Shown here piece after piece: positions 8,792 through 17,705 of a stretch of 64,000 bases of DNA. Within the stretch, counting starts at the first letter, position 1, and every line of letters begins with the position of its first letter. Both the position numbers and the translations under genes were made by a program. Source of the stretch: an uncultured Gammaproteobacteria bacterium (GTDB lineage: Bacteria; Patescibacteriota; Patescibacteriia; Magasanikbacterales; GWA2-37-8); NCBI GenBank assembly GCA_964510885.1, contig CAZEDL010000007.1, positions 13,999-77,998 of the forward strand, read 5' to 3'. Below the pieces are notes generated by a model. The model saw only the letters and a list, made by a program, of their open reading frames with translations. It did not search any database and had not been told where the DNA came from.

Positions 8792-9556
8792 TTAAAACTT
8801 TCGATTCCGCCCCACAATCATTTGAGCCCGATAATTGGCCAGCTTGATCGTGAGCTTTACTTCTTTACTCAGCTTGCCGTCGGCTTCTACCGTAAACGGC
8901 TCCCGAGCCGTAATGGTCATATGCTCGAACGGAAAGATACTTGGCTCCTCATAGGTATACCCCCACCACCGCTTTTTTGTCAATGGTCGAAGGAAGGCTT
9001 CGAGCTTCCGATCCTGGGGATGAACCACCTGCTCAGCCTGCGGGGCTGTCGCTCTTGTCCAATAAAATGGCTTCAAATTACACACCACCACCTCCAGACG
9101 ATCTTTTGCGCTTACCACAAATCTCTCGTCATAACATACTTCCACCGGCGCCGGATGCACTCGGAGCTGACCGATAAAGTATCGCCCATTCATCCAACCG
9201 ACATCGAGTTCTTGTAGACGGCGTTTCGACAGCACATCGCAAGCATCAGCCCCAGTTGGGATACCAAGAATTTCAGCAATCGAGTTATTACCACCTACCG
9301 GCAAAAATCCAAAGGTACAGGGCAAATTGGCGCTGCGCGACAACACCGCACCGAACGTATCATCATTACCGGTGATCACGATCGTTTTAGCGCCACGCTT
9401 GATCTCTTCTTCAATAATCCCTTTTGCATCTGTATAATTATTGAGGCGAATAATTTTACCAGCGATCCCATGATCAGTTAACCGAACTTCGATCGCCTTC
9501 AGAATCGGCAAATATTTCTTATTACGTAAAAATTGGTCGTACAGGTAGACATACAT
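8792..9556 (-). CDS. Diacylglycerol kinase-family protein
   Basis: IVITGNDDT, GFLPVG..NSIAEILGIP, LDVGWMNGRYF, ADGK. Confidence 0.8.
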   Translation of the reverse strand: MYVYLYDQFLRNKKYLPILKAIEVRLTDHGIAGKIIRLNNYTDAKGIIEEEIKRGAKTIVITGNDDTFGAVLSRSANLPCTFGFLPVGGNNSIAEILGIPTGADACDVLSKRRLQELDVGWMNGRYFIGQLRVHPAPVEVCYDERFVVSAKDRLEVVVCNLKPFYWTRATAPQAEQVVHPQDRKLEAFLRPLTKKRWWGYTYEEPSIFPFEHMTITAREPFTVEADGKLSKEVKLTIKLANYRAQMIVGRNRKF

Positions 9557-9589
9557 ACCGCTAGGTCACTTACATTCTGCCGTTCGGAT

Positions 9590-10069
9590 TTAGACGAGTG
9601 GAGCGTCTTCCATCTTTTTCATCCCGCCGCTGCGCGGAGCCCGCGACCTACCCTCTGTTCCTTCGAGTCCCGGCATCGATACTTTTCCATATAGCAAAGC
9701 GCCAGCTTCAATCACCAGTACTCGCGCCTCGATATCACCGAGAATTTTAGCCGTCGCAGTGAGTTCAAGCGACTCCTTAACTTTTATATTTCCTTTGATC
9801 TCGCCGGCAATCTTAGCGCTACCGGCACGGACATTAGCCACAATTTTGGCTCCTGGTTCAACGAGTAAAAACCGGCTGGTAGTGACACTGCCCGACACCG
9901 AACCCTTCACCACAATATTGCCTTCCGAAGCAAAATCTCCCTCTACATTCACGGATGGTCCAACCACCGTTTCTACCTCATCAGGACGTTCCATCGACAT
10001 CATCATGTCATCATCAAGAAGCGGCATCGGCTCTGACAATGGTTTGGGGGGATTTTTTTGAAAAATCAT
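9590..10069 (-). CDS. Bactofilin (polymer-forming cytoskeletal protein)
   Basis: ETVVGPSVNVEGD..IVVKGSVSGSV..IAGEIKGNI..GDIEA..IEAGA beta-helix repeats. Confidence 0.93.
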   Translation of the reverse strand: MIFQKNPPKPLSEPMPLLDDDMMMSMERPDEVETVVGPSVNVEGDFASEGNIVVKGSVSGSVTTSRFLLVEPGAKIVANVRAGSAKIAGEIKGNIKVKESLELTATAKILGDIEARVLVIEAGALLYGKVSMPGLEGTEGRSRAPRSGGMKKMEDAPLV

Positions 10070-10188
10070 ACTAGGTTAGAAGAAATAAAATTGATACAAA
10101 CAATCAATGGCAGACCAGAGTAGTATACTGCTCAAGACAAAAAATAACAAGCCGAAATAATTTTTTGCTTGGACACAAAAAGTATCTA

Positions 10189-11817
10189 TCACGCGGAAGG
10201 TGTCATTACTTCATTGCCAGGTTGTAAATCAAGCGGTAGCCACAGGCCAAATTCGCTACCTTTGCCAAGCCCTTTACTCTTAGCCCAAAATCTACCACTA
10301 TGTGCTTCAATGAACATGCGACATACGTATAACCCGAGGCCAGTACCATTTACATTAATCCCTTTCACATTCTCACCGCGATAAAATTTTTGGAAAAAAT
10401 TTACTTCGTCTTGACGGTTAAAACCAAGGCCATGATCTTGAACTCGGACGGTCACCCCAGCTGCATCATTCTCGACCACAACCGCAACAGCACCTGTGTC
10501 GGAATACTTAATTGCGTTATCGACAAAATTAAACACTACATGGCGAATCTTTTCTTCATCAAACACAAATGTCAAAGGCTGCAGCTTAGGCCGCTGAATT
10601 TTTAGCCCCTTCTGCTCGGCGCGATTTTCCAGTTCATCAATCACACTCTTTACCGTAGCGGATATATCAGCCTCTTTGAATACAAATTTAGTTCTCCCTT
10701 GTTCGATGCGGGTAATATCCAAAAATTCATCCACTAATTTCACGAGCCGCCCATTGCTTTCGTCGATATTATCTAGAACATCTTTCATTTTAGCGGTCAC
10801 TTTCCCATAGGCACCGTCATAAATTAATTCCACATACCCATTGATAATTGATAATGGCGTGCGCAGCTGATGCGATGCGATCGATAAAAACTCGGTCTTT
10901 TGGCGGTCGAGCATTTGCAGTCGGACATTTGCCTTCTCAAGTGCCGCCACCAATTTAGTGACTTCCAACCGTTCCTGAATCTCTTTCTTCACACTGGCTA
11001 CCAAAAAATACCCGAGCAAGGCAACTAGTATAGCGAACGACATTTTAAATAACAAAATCGACCATGATCCAGAAAACAAACCTTCGAGGAGCAGGATCAC
11101 GATCAAAATTGATACCACGCCTTCGGTGGCAATCACTTTGATATCAAACAGGCCATACTTAAGCACGGCCACCGCAGTCATGCTTAGGAATAAAAATGCA
11201 TATATCGGAGCAAACTTAACGAACGAATCGTTGTTAAAAAATAAAACCGGCACCATAATAGTCAGAATGGTTAAACCAAGCATCAGGGCACTGCCAACCA
11301 AGACACAGCCTAATTGTTGGCGCGCCACCCCATGCGAACCGCGTAATTTTTTAATGAGCTGATATATGGCACTCACTGTAAAAAAAGTTGTCAGGAGTGC
11401 AAACGGCATCATTCCCGGCCCTGGCTGAGCCTGCGCAAGGCCATTGTGCACTGCAATCCGAGTAAATGTAAAAGGCGACACCGTAATTCCCATCACCACA
11501 ATCGTTGCCATGATCGTCGCTATAAATTTATTACGGCTGAGCTGTATAGTCTTTTCCGGCAGTGTATGGGCAAGTAAAAACAAAAGCATACTCATAAGTG
11601 CTGCACTGCATACTGTCAGACGCGTCCACCACAGGTCAGCCACCGGTGTAACAGACAGATACGTAGCCACGAGCCAGGCAGACATCACTACTCCTAATGC
11701 AAAAAATAACCGATGAATAGCGGTTTTGCGGTCCTGATTCAAAACAAAACTAACTAATAGTACATTAAGGATGATGACCCCAAGCAGAATCAGCAAGCGT
11801 GTTGAAAACAGATCCAT
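10189..11817 (-). CDS. Sensor histidine kinase with multi-TM (HisKA_7TM-like) input domain
   Basis: H-box ASHQLRTPL, N-box NFVDNAIKY, DHGLG, FFQKFYR, GTGLGL; about 275-aa hydrophobic N-terminus. Confidence 0.93.
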   Translation of the reverse strand: MDLFSTRLLILLGVIILNVLLVSFVLNQDRKTAIHRLFFALGVVMSAWLVATYLSVTPVADLWWTRLTVCSAALMSMLLFLLAHTLPEKTIQLSRNKFIATIMATIVVMGITVSPFTFTRIAVHNGLAQAQPGPGMMPFALLTTFFTVSAIYQLIKKLRGSHGVARQQLGCVLVGSALMLGLTILTIMVPVLFFNNDSFVKFAPIYAFLFLSMTAVAVLKYGLFDIKVIATEGVVSILIVILLLEGLFSGSWSILLFKMSFAILVALLGYFLVASVKKEIQERLEVTKLVAALEKANVRLQMLDRQKTEFLSIASHQLRTPLSIINGYVELIYDGAYGKVTAKMKDVLDNIDESNGRLVKLVDEFLDITRIEQGRTKFVFKEADISATVKSVIDELENRAEQKGLKIQRPKLQPLTFVFDEEKIRHVVFNFVDNAIKYSDTGAVAVVVENDAAGVTVRVQDHGLGFNRQDEVNFFQKFYRGENVKGINVNGTGLGLYVCRMFIEAHSGRFWAKSKGLGKGSEFGLWLPLDLQPGNEVMTPSA

Positions 11818-11835
11818 ATAATGTACGCACCTCTT

Positions 11836-12708
11836 TTACCCCAAGAAGGCCAGTAATTTTTCGGTAAAGAGCTTGCTCTGTTCGAGCGGCGGGACATGAC
11901 CGGTCTCCGGGAAAATGACAACGGTAGCATGCGGGAGATGTCTAAACTGCGGCTGGCTTTTAGCCAGTGGAACAGAAGTATCTTTTTCTCCCCAGATGAT
12001 CAAGACAGGTTGAGACACTCCTGGCAGCTCGACAGACAGATCAAGCTGTTTCTTCAAGCGGAAAAAAGAGGTTAAAGCATTAATAAATAAAATTGGATGA
12101 GATAGTTGATTTCGGAAAATACTTTCGTAAAAATATTCAAAAAACGCATCAGTCATTATATTTTTATCAACGAGCGGCTCTGCTAAAAACTCCTTCATAT
12201 GCTCGCGCGTCGGTGATAAGGGTTTGGCCGCTAAAAATTCGGCAAACGGACGCAGCGATACTAGACGATGTGAAACCGGCAAAAAACGACTAAACCCAAG
12301 TGAATCAACCAGTACAATTTTATCTACCATCACCGCCTTGCGGAGGGCCAAGCGCAGCGCAATCCACCCACCGAAAGAATGACCGATCACACTTACTGAC
12401 TGCAGGCCAAGCTGCTTGATACACTGCTCTACCACCTGAGCAAAATCTGTCTCTAGATCAAGGGTAGCCGAACCGATTTTGGTTGAACCGCCACATTCAG
12501 GCAAATCAAGCGCGTAGACAGTGTACTCGCGAGCTAAGTCAGCAATAGTAGTATACCACATTCCCCAGCCAATGTTGGCTCCGTGGATAAGTACCAATGG
12601 TTTTCCAGTCCCGGCTCGCACATAATTAATCTGACGGGCACCTACCTGTACCTGTTCTAACACGACCGGAACACCGAGTGATGCGACTAAGACTTCTTCA
12701 TGAGTCAT
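11836..12708 (-). CDS. Alpha/beta fold hydrolase
   Basis: LIHG oxyanion segment, GHSFGG nucleophile, WGEKD, GHVP; start placed at MTHEE. Confidence 0.92.
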   Translation of the reverse strand: MTHEEVLVASLGVPVVLEQVQVGARQINYVRAGTGKPLVLIHGANIGWGMWYTTIADLAREYTVYALDLPECGGSTKIGSATLDLETDFAQVVEQCIKQLGLQSVSVIGHSFGGWIALRLALRKAVMVDKIVLVDSLGFSRFLPVSHRLVSLRPFAEFLAAKPLSPTREHMKEFLAEPLVDKNIMTDAFFEYFYESIFRNQLSHPILFINALTSFFRLKKQLDLSVELPGVSQPVLIIWGEKDTSVPLAKSQPQFRHLPHATVVIFPETGHVPPLEQSKLFTEKLLAFLG

Positions 12709-12723
12709 AAAGAAAAATAGCAA

Positions 12724-13815
12724 TTATAAACGAGTATTCAGACTAAAAATATCATCGAATGATACCAGCCAGGAGCCCTGCACCGGATCATTTAGCGCGA
12801 TCCGGCGCGCCAAATAGGCGCAGAATCCCGAAGCAATCGTTACCGTGCTCACCAGTTGCGGCCGACCAACTAGTGTTTTGCCGATCTCGGCCACCGAATC
12901 AAGCGCGCGCTGTGGAATATGAGAAACACCAGCCAGAGCCACGGCATATTTATGTTTATCAGTGGTGCTTAGATCAGGCGACGTCAAAATATCATTCGGC
13001 ACCTGCCCAGCCCGGCCATTAAAAAAAGGAGTATTCGGATCACAATCATACCGCTCCACATCCAAAATGACCCGATCGCCAATATTGGTGACCATAATCA
13101 CCGGTATGCGGGCCTCACGCGCCATTTGGCGCAAATATATTTTCATGGCAAAGCTGTCGATAATTTCAAAAATCAACTGGGGCTTTGGATCACCTAGGAC
13201 AAATTCAGATAACACCTCGGGCTGCAGCCCAGCGGTCATGAAACTGAGCTCCGCATACGGGTCAATTTCATATATTTGCTCAGCCACAATACCTATTTTG
13301 CGCTGGCCGATCTGATCAATCCGCGCCCGAATACGATTTAAATTAGAGGTTTCAAGTGTATCGAATTCCGCCAGTTTGATCTGTTTCGCCATTCCGCTAT
13401 AAGCCAAAGCCGTAGCCACTCCACTCCCAACCGATAGCCCCACCGCACCAACGCGAAATGCCCGAATCGTCTCTTGTTCCTCCGCTGTAATCAAATTTCG
13501 ATTGCGATTAGTGCGTAGCGCCAAATACTCGGCCTCAGTCACCGTATGCACCAATCGTCCGCTCCAGGGATAATAAATCCAATTCCCGAGAAGTTTGCCG
13601 TCCGTGCCATTTAGACACTGCAGAATAAAGTCTGCGCGCTTATTGGCAAAAGCCGGGTCATTAATAAGTTCGGCATGAGTAATCTCAAATAACTCTGCCA
13701 GCTGCCCCTGATACATATCCTGTTCTTTCCAGATTGGGTATGACGCTCTTAAACGAATGAGGTCGCTATCCGTGTAAGAACCTTCTGTCAAAATAATCGG
13801 TCGGGCGTGTTCCAT
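12724..13815 (-). CDS. ThiF-family adenylyltransferase, Rv1355c/MoeY-like N-terminal module
   Basis: WIYYPWSG, RTNRNRNLIT.EEQ, GAVGLSVG, FDTLETSNLNRI, LDVERYD, GRPQL. Confidence 0.88.
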   Translation of the reverse strand: MEHARPIILTEGSYTDSDLIRLRASYPIWKEQDMYQGQLAELFEITHAELINDPAFANKRADFILQCLNGTDGKLLGNWIYYPWSGRLVHTVTEAEYLALRTNRNRNLITAEEQETIRAFRVGAVGLSVGSGVATALAYSGMAKQIKLAEFDTLETSNLNRIRARIDQIGQRKIGIVAEQIYEIDPYAELSFMTAGLQPEVLSEFVLGDPKPQLIFEIIDSFAMKIYLRQMAREARIPVIMVTNIGDRVILDVERYDCDPNTPFFNGRAGQVPNDILTSPDLSTTDKHKYAVALAGVSHIPQRALDSVAEIGKTLVGRPQLVSTVTIASGFCAYLARRIALNDPVQGSWLVSFDDIFSLNTRL

Positions 13816-13823
13816 AAAAAAAG

Positions 13824-15344
13824 TTACGTTTTCTTAGTCCATTTTTGTTTACCACCGGGTTTAAAATGCTCTGGATGCTGATACTGCCATAGCACCAAAC
13901 GCGGCACCACTTTATGGCGAATCCCCGGATCAGCATAAAAATCACGCCACTCTGAGTTTTCTTCATGGAGTGTCTTAAGCACCGACTGATGGATCTGCTC
14001 TTCGAGAGGCGGGGCTGGCGTGATCCCAAATTTAAGTTCAACATTAATTTCTAAAAATTGATTTTGCTTGTCATCATAAGGCGCGCGCATTGTAAATTTA
14101 GTGGTCAAAGCCGATTCGAGGCTCGGATGTTCGAGCGCCCGGCGGATACTTTCCGGATAAATATTTACACTATAGATACTAACCGTCAGATCTTTGCGCT
14201 CATAGACATGCACGAATGGCAAATTCCACAAACTTGATTGTAATCCTGCCTGCATAAATTCAGCACCAAGATCCACGCCTTCAGCCTGGCATGCGGACTG
14301 CACTTGTCCCAAGGTATGAATCCCACCTCGATCTTTTAAATCGTAGCGAATGAGTGGCAACCCACTCGCACTCGAGCACCATAGCTCACCTGCTATATCT
14401 TCAAAATAATAAAATTCTGGAATAAATTGGGCCAACGTCGGAAATTGCGACGGCGCCCCAAATAACGACTGATACAACGGTTCATGACGCCGCGCCAACC
14501 GGCGCAACAGAATGGTGGCCGGAGTTTCATGGGCCATAGTGCCCATATCAGCCGTCCCATAATGATTAAATGACCCCGTCCACTCGTCAGTAATGCCACA
14601 CTGCCGATTAATATAATCTCGGAACGTCTCACTGAATCCTTCGGCTGCAAAGAAAAACCGAATTGGGTACTCACTCCAGCAGAGGCCCTCCCGAGCCCCC
14701 TCATCAATCAAATCCTTAACAAGCGGCGGATACCCACCAATGATTACCTGGTCATACTGTTTGCCGAGACGGCGAATCGCTTTCAGTGCTTCTTCTTTAT
14801 ATGCGCCGGGCGTAATAATACTCAGTTTATAGGGCCGTTTATCAGCTATATATTTGAGCGCCTGATACATATACATGCCCCCGATCCATACTCCGAGTGC
14901 GAAACAATTAATAAACAACGTGCGCCGCCGGTGGATCTGCCAATACTCACGGAATAGTAATTCCGCTGTCAAAGCAAACTGATCATCTTGAGCTTGGCTG
15001 CGCGGAAAATAGAATGGTTCCCCGGTGGAACCGGAAGTAGAGGCAATCATGTGCGGTCGGTCAGCCAAAACCCCATCCCAACATAATTCGGGCAACGGAT
15101 AGCGCTGCAGGTAATTTTCTTTGCTGGTCGGCGGCAACTTTGTAAAATCATTCCAGGTGCGAATGCTGGCCGGAGAAATCGACTGCTGACGTAAAAAATC
15201 CTTATAGGCCGGTACCCGGGCAGCCATCGCCTGAAATAGGCGCAGCATGCGGCGCTGCCCGCGCTCTAACCAATACGTTGCGGGAGCTGATTTTAATTGA
15301 TGCAAAAATATATCCGGCAAAGACGGATCAGACAGCAGAGGCAT
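13824..15344 (-). CDS. Phenylacetate-CoA ligase / coenzyme F390 synthetase-like adenylate-forming enzyme
   Basis: RVPAYKDFL, STSGSTGEP loop, GGYPP, HYGTAD, PLIRYDLKD, NIYPE. Confidence 0.88.
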   Translation of the reverse strand: MPLLSDPSLPDIFLHQLKSAPATYWLERGQRRMLRLFQAMAARVPAYKDFLRQQSISPASIRTWNDFTKLPPTSKENYLQRYPLPELCWDGVLADRPHMIASTSGSTGEPFYFPRSQAQDDQFALTAELLFREYWQIHRRRTLFINCFALGVWIGGMYMYQALKYIADKRPYKLSIITPGAYKEEALKAIRRLGKQYDQVIIGGYPPLVKDLIDEGAREGLCWSEYPIRFFFAAEGFSETFRDYINRQCGITDEWTGSFNHYGTADMGTMAHETPATILLRRLARRHEPLYQSLFGAPSQFPTLAQFIPEFYYFEDIAGELWCSSASGLPLIRYDLKDRGGIHTLGQVQSACQAEGVDLGAEFMQAGLQSSLWNLPFVHVYERKDLTVSIYSVNIYPESIRRALEHPSLESALTTKFTMRAPYDDKQNQFLEINVELKFGITPAPPLEEQIHQSVLKTLHEENSEWRDFYADPGIRHKVVPRLVLWQYQHPEHFKPGGKQKWTKKT

Positions 15345-15345
15345 A

Positions 15346-16419
15346 CTAGGCAGACACTGGTCTAAGATTCAGAACAGAACCAACCAACCCATGGGCAATA
15401 TCATCAGCCACCACGATCGTCGGACGCCGCGTAGTTTGACTCCCACTGAGAACCGCTTCCATACGCGGCGAGATTTCCCGAATTTTCTGAAGAATCCGCT
15501 CCGGACTATGAATCTGGTTTTGATACTGATCAACCACACTGATGAGCCCACCAGCATTCACAATATAATCAGGCGCATATATGATACCACGCTCACTCAG
15601 CGCTTCTCCTATCTCTGCGGCCGCCAATTGATTATTAGCGGAACCAACTACCGCCCGACAATTCAACCGACTGATAGTGTGCTGATTCAAGATGCCCCCA
15701 AGTGCACAGGGCGAAAAAATATCAACTGGCTCGCTATAGATATCATCCGCAGACACCACGCGAACATTCGGAAATTCTTGTTTGATCGCCGCTAGTTTGT
15801 CTTGGTCAACATCGCTGACAGTAATCAATTGGGCCTCGGTATACAGCAGCTTGATCAATTCACCGCCAGTTTTCCCTGCCCCCTGAATTGCAAATCTACG
15901 TCCAGTCAATTCAGATGATCCGAAGAGGTGACGAAGGCACACTCTAATCGCCTGCAAGACCCCATAGGCTGTAAAATAGGCCGCATTGACTCCGTCGCCG
16001 ATAATAAATTCACTCGCACTGCGCATCGAATGCACATCATCGGGCCCCACTCCGATATCTGATCCAGTTACAAACCGCCCGCCTAGACGATTTACCTGTG
16101 CGCCATATGCTTTGAAATAAGCCTCTCGATCAACGATCCCTCCTGGCGGTTCACACAGCACTGCTTTGGCTCCTCCATAGGGCAAACCAGCCATAATTGA
16201 TTTATAAGACATTAATTTTGATAACCTGAGAGCATCGCGGAGCGCATCTTGAAGATGTGCATATGACCAGACGCGCGTAGCGCCGAGTGACGGCACATGT
16301 TCGCGCTCATTATAAATAGCAATAAATCCTCTTAATCCGACCGCTGGATCATCTAGTTCCACCACCGCGGTATGTCCACTAAACTCTGGAAAACTTTGAA
16401 TATCAGCTTGATGCAACAT
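15346..16419 (-). CDS. Leu/Phe/Val dehydrogenase family protein
   Basis: LGATR, LSKLMSYK, GGAKAV, TAYGV, IQGAGKTG, PCALGG, GSANNQL, APDYIVNAGG. Confidence 0.92.
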   Translation of the reverse strand: MLHQADIQSFPEFSGHTAVVELDDPAVGLRGFIAIYNEREHVPSLGATRVWSYAHLQDALRDALRLSKLMSYKSIMAGLPYGGAKAVLCEPPGGIVDREAYFKAYGAQVNRLGGRFVTGSDIGVGPDDVHSMRSASEFIIGDGVNAAYFTAYGVLQAIRVCLRHLFGSSELTGRRFAIQGAGKTGGELIKLLYTEAQLITVSDVDQDKLAAIKQEFPNVRVVSADDIYSEPVDIFSPCALGGILNQHTISRLNCRAVVGSANNQLAAAEIGEALSERGIIYAPDYIVNAGGLISVVDQYQNQIHSPERILQKIREISPRMEAVLSGSQTTRRPTIVVADDIAHGLVGSVLNLRPVSA

Positions 16420-16516
16420 ATTTAAATAACCCCCTTATTATACCCCAATCAGATGGCTTCTCCTATGTGGGGTAGCGGGACCCCCTTAGGAATCAAGGTA
16501 TTAAATAATAAAATAA

Positions 16517-17599
16517 CTAATCTTTGGCCGACACTATCGCCTGTGCTGGTTGCAAGCGTGGACTATGCCCGAGCCGCCGGGCAGTTTTCCCCAATCGGCA
16601 CAAAACATACGGTTGATAACCATCTGGAACAAACTTTTTTACCTGCGGAGCGGCCGGATCATCCGGATGCGCAGAGGCGCTAACCGCCGTCTGAAAACCA
16701 GCGCGCTCGGCGCGCAAGAGGGTCTGCATAAGCAGGCGGCCAAGCTCAAGCTGCTGCCTATGGCCCCGGCCGCGCGCACTAAAAATCAATAGTATCGGTG
16801 TCTCGTCGCTCAATAATTTTTCCTCTGCACCTCTAATTTTTCGCATCACATTAGTGCGCCGGATCACACGAGATGCCAACAACGATAATAACAAAGGAAA
16901 ACCCATCGTAAACCCAGGCATACCATCGGGTGCTGACGTTAAATTATGCCGTTTATACCGGGCAATCTCAGAGCGAAAATCAGCCCCGTCAAACAACCGG
17001 ACGCGCCAATCCATAATAATCCGAGCCAATTCTTGCCGTCTGGCGCTATCACTCACCACATCAATCCGTGCTTCGTCAGTAGACGATGGCAAAATCTGAG
17101 CCAAAGTATCGGGGCTGATTGCGGACGATTCGTAGGGGGCGCGATTAGTTTCACGCCGGGGAATAGAAAAAATCAAATGATCATGTGGCACAGGCAGCGT
17201 GGGAGCACGATCCGCAGGCATCGCCTCCGTCAGAGTAAGTTCCGCCACTGCTTTGGATGATTCTCCCGCTGGGAAATAGCGCACAGTAAATCGCATCCCA
17301 AAATAATCCCCCGCGACGATGATATTTTCTAGCGCGGCCCCGAGCGCTATATACAACAGTCGGCCATCGCCATCTGCCACCGGTAACTCAATCGCGGGAT
17401 TTCTATAGATAGTAATAATTCGATCGGATACAGCAAATTGCCACGGCTGGCTATTATGGCTTGAGGGAGCCAACACCGCATAGTTCAACAAAAAAAACAA
17501 CTGGTCTGCAGTTGTTCCGGACGCCGGAAAATCAGCCGGGCTGATTGTCCAGGCTTTATAATTTGGTTTCGACCTACCAGCAGTAAAAAACAAGTTCAT
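16517..17599 (-). CDS. Acg-type FMN-binding nitroreductase-family protein
   Basis: LAPSSHNSQPW, GAALEN, IPRRETNRAPY, LGRLLM, SPRL. Confidence 0.88.
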   Translation of the reverse strand: MNLFFTAGRSKPNYKAWTISPADFPASGTTADQLFFLLNYAVLAPSSHNSQPWQFAVSDRIITIYRNPAIELPVADGDGRLLYIALGAALENIIVAGDYFGMRFTVRYFPAGESSKAVAELTLTEAMPADRAPTLPVPHDHLIFSIPRRETNRAPYESSAISPDTLAQILPSSTDEARIDVVSDSARRQELARIIMDWRVRLFDGADFRSEIARYKRHNLTSAPDGMPGFTMGFPLLLSLLASRVIRRTNVMRKIRGAEEKLLSDETPILLIFSARGRGHRQQLELGRLLMQTLLRAERAGFQTAVSASAHPDDPAAPQVKKFVPDGYQPYVLCRLGKTARRLGHSPRLQPAQAIVSAKD

Positions 17600-17633
17600 A
17601 CATTAGGTAGCAGCGCACCGCTATCTAATTGCC

Positions 17634-17662
17634 ACTGTACTAAATTTTAAAAATTACTGCAA
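17634..17662 (-). promoter_or_regulatory. Putative sigma70 promoter of the six-gene operon
   Basis: TTGCAG-17 nt-TACAGT on the minus strand, about 35 nt upstream of the ATG at 17599. Confidence 0.5.
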
Positions 17663-17705
17663 TGAATTTGTCTAAATGGATTGACTTATTTTAAGAGCTA
17701 GCTCC

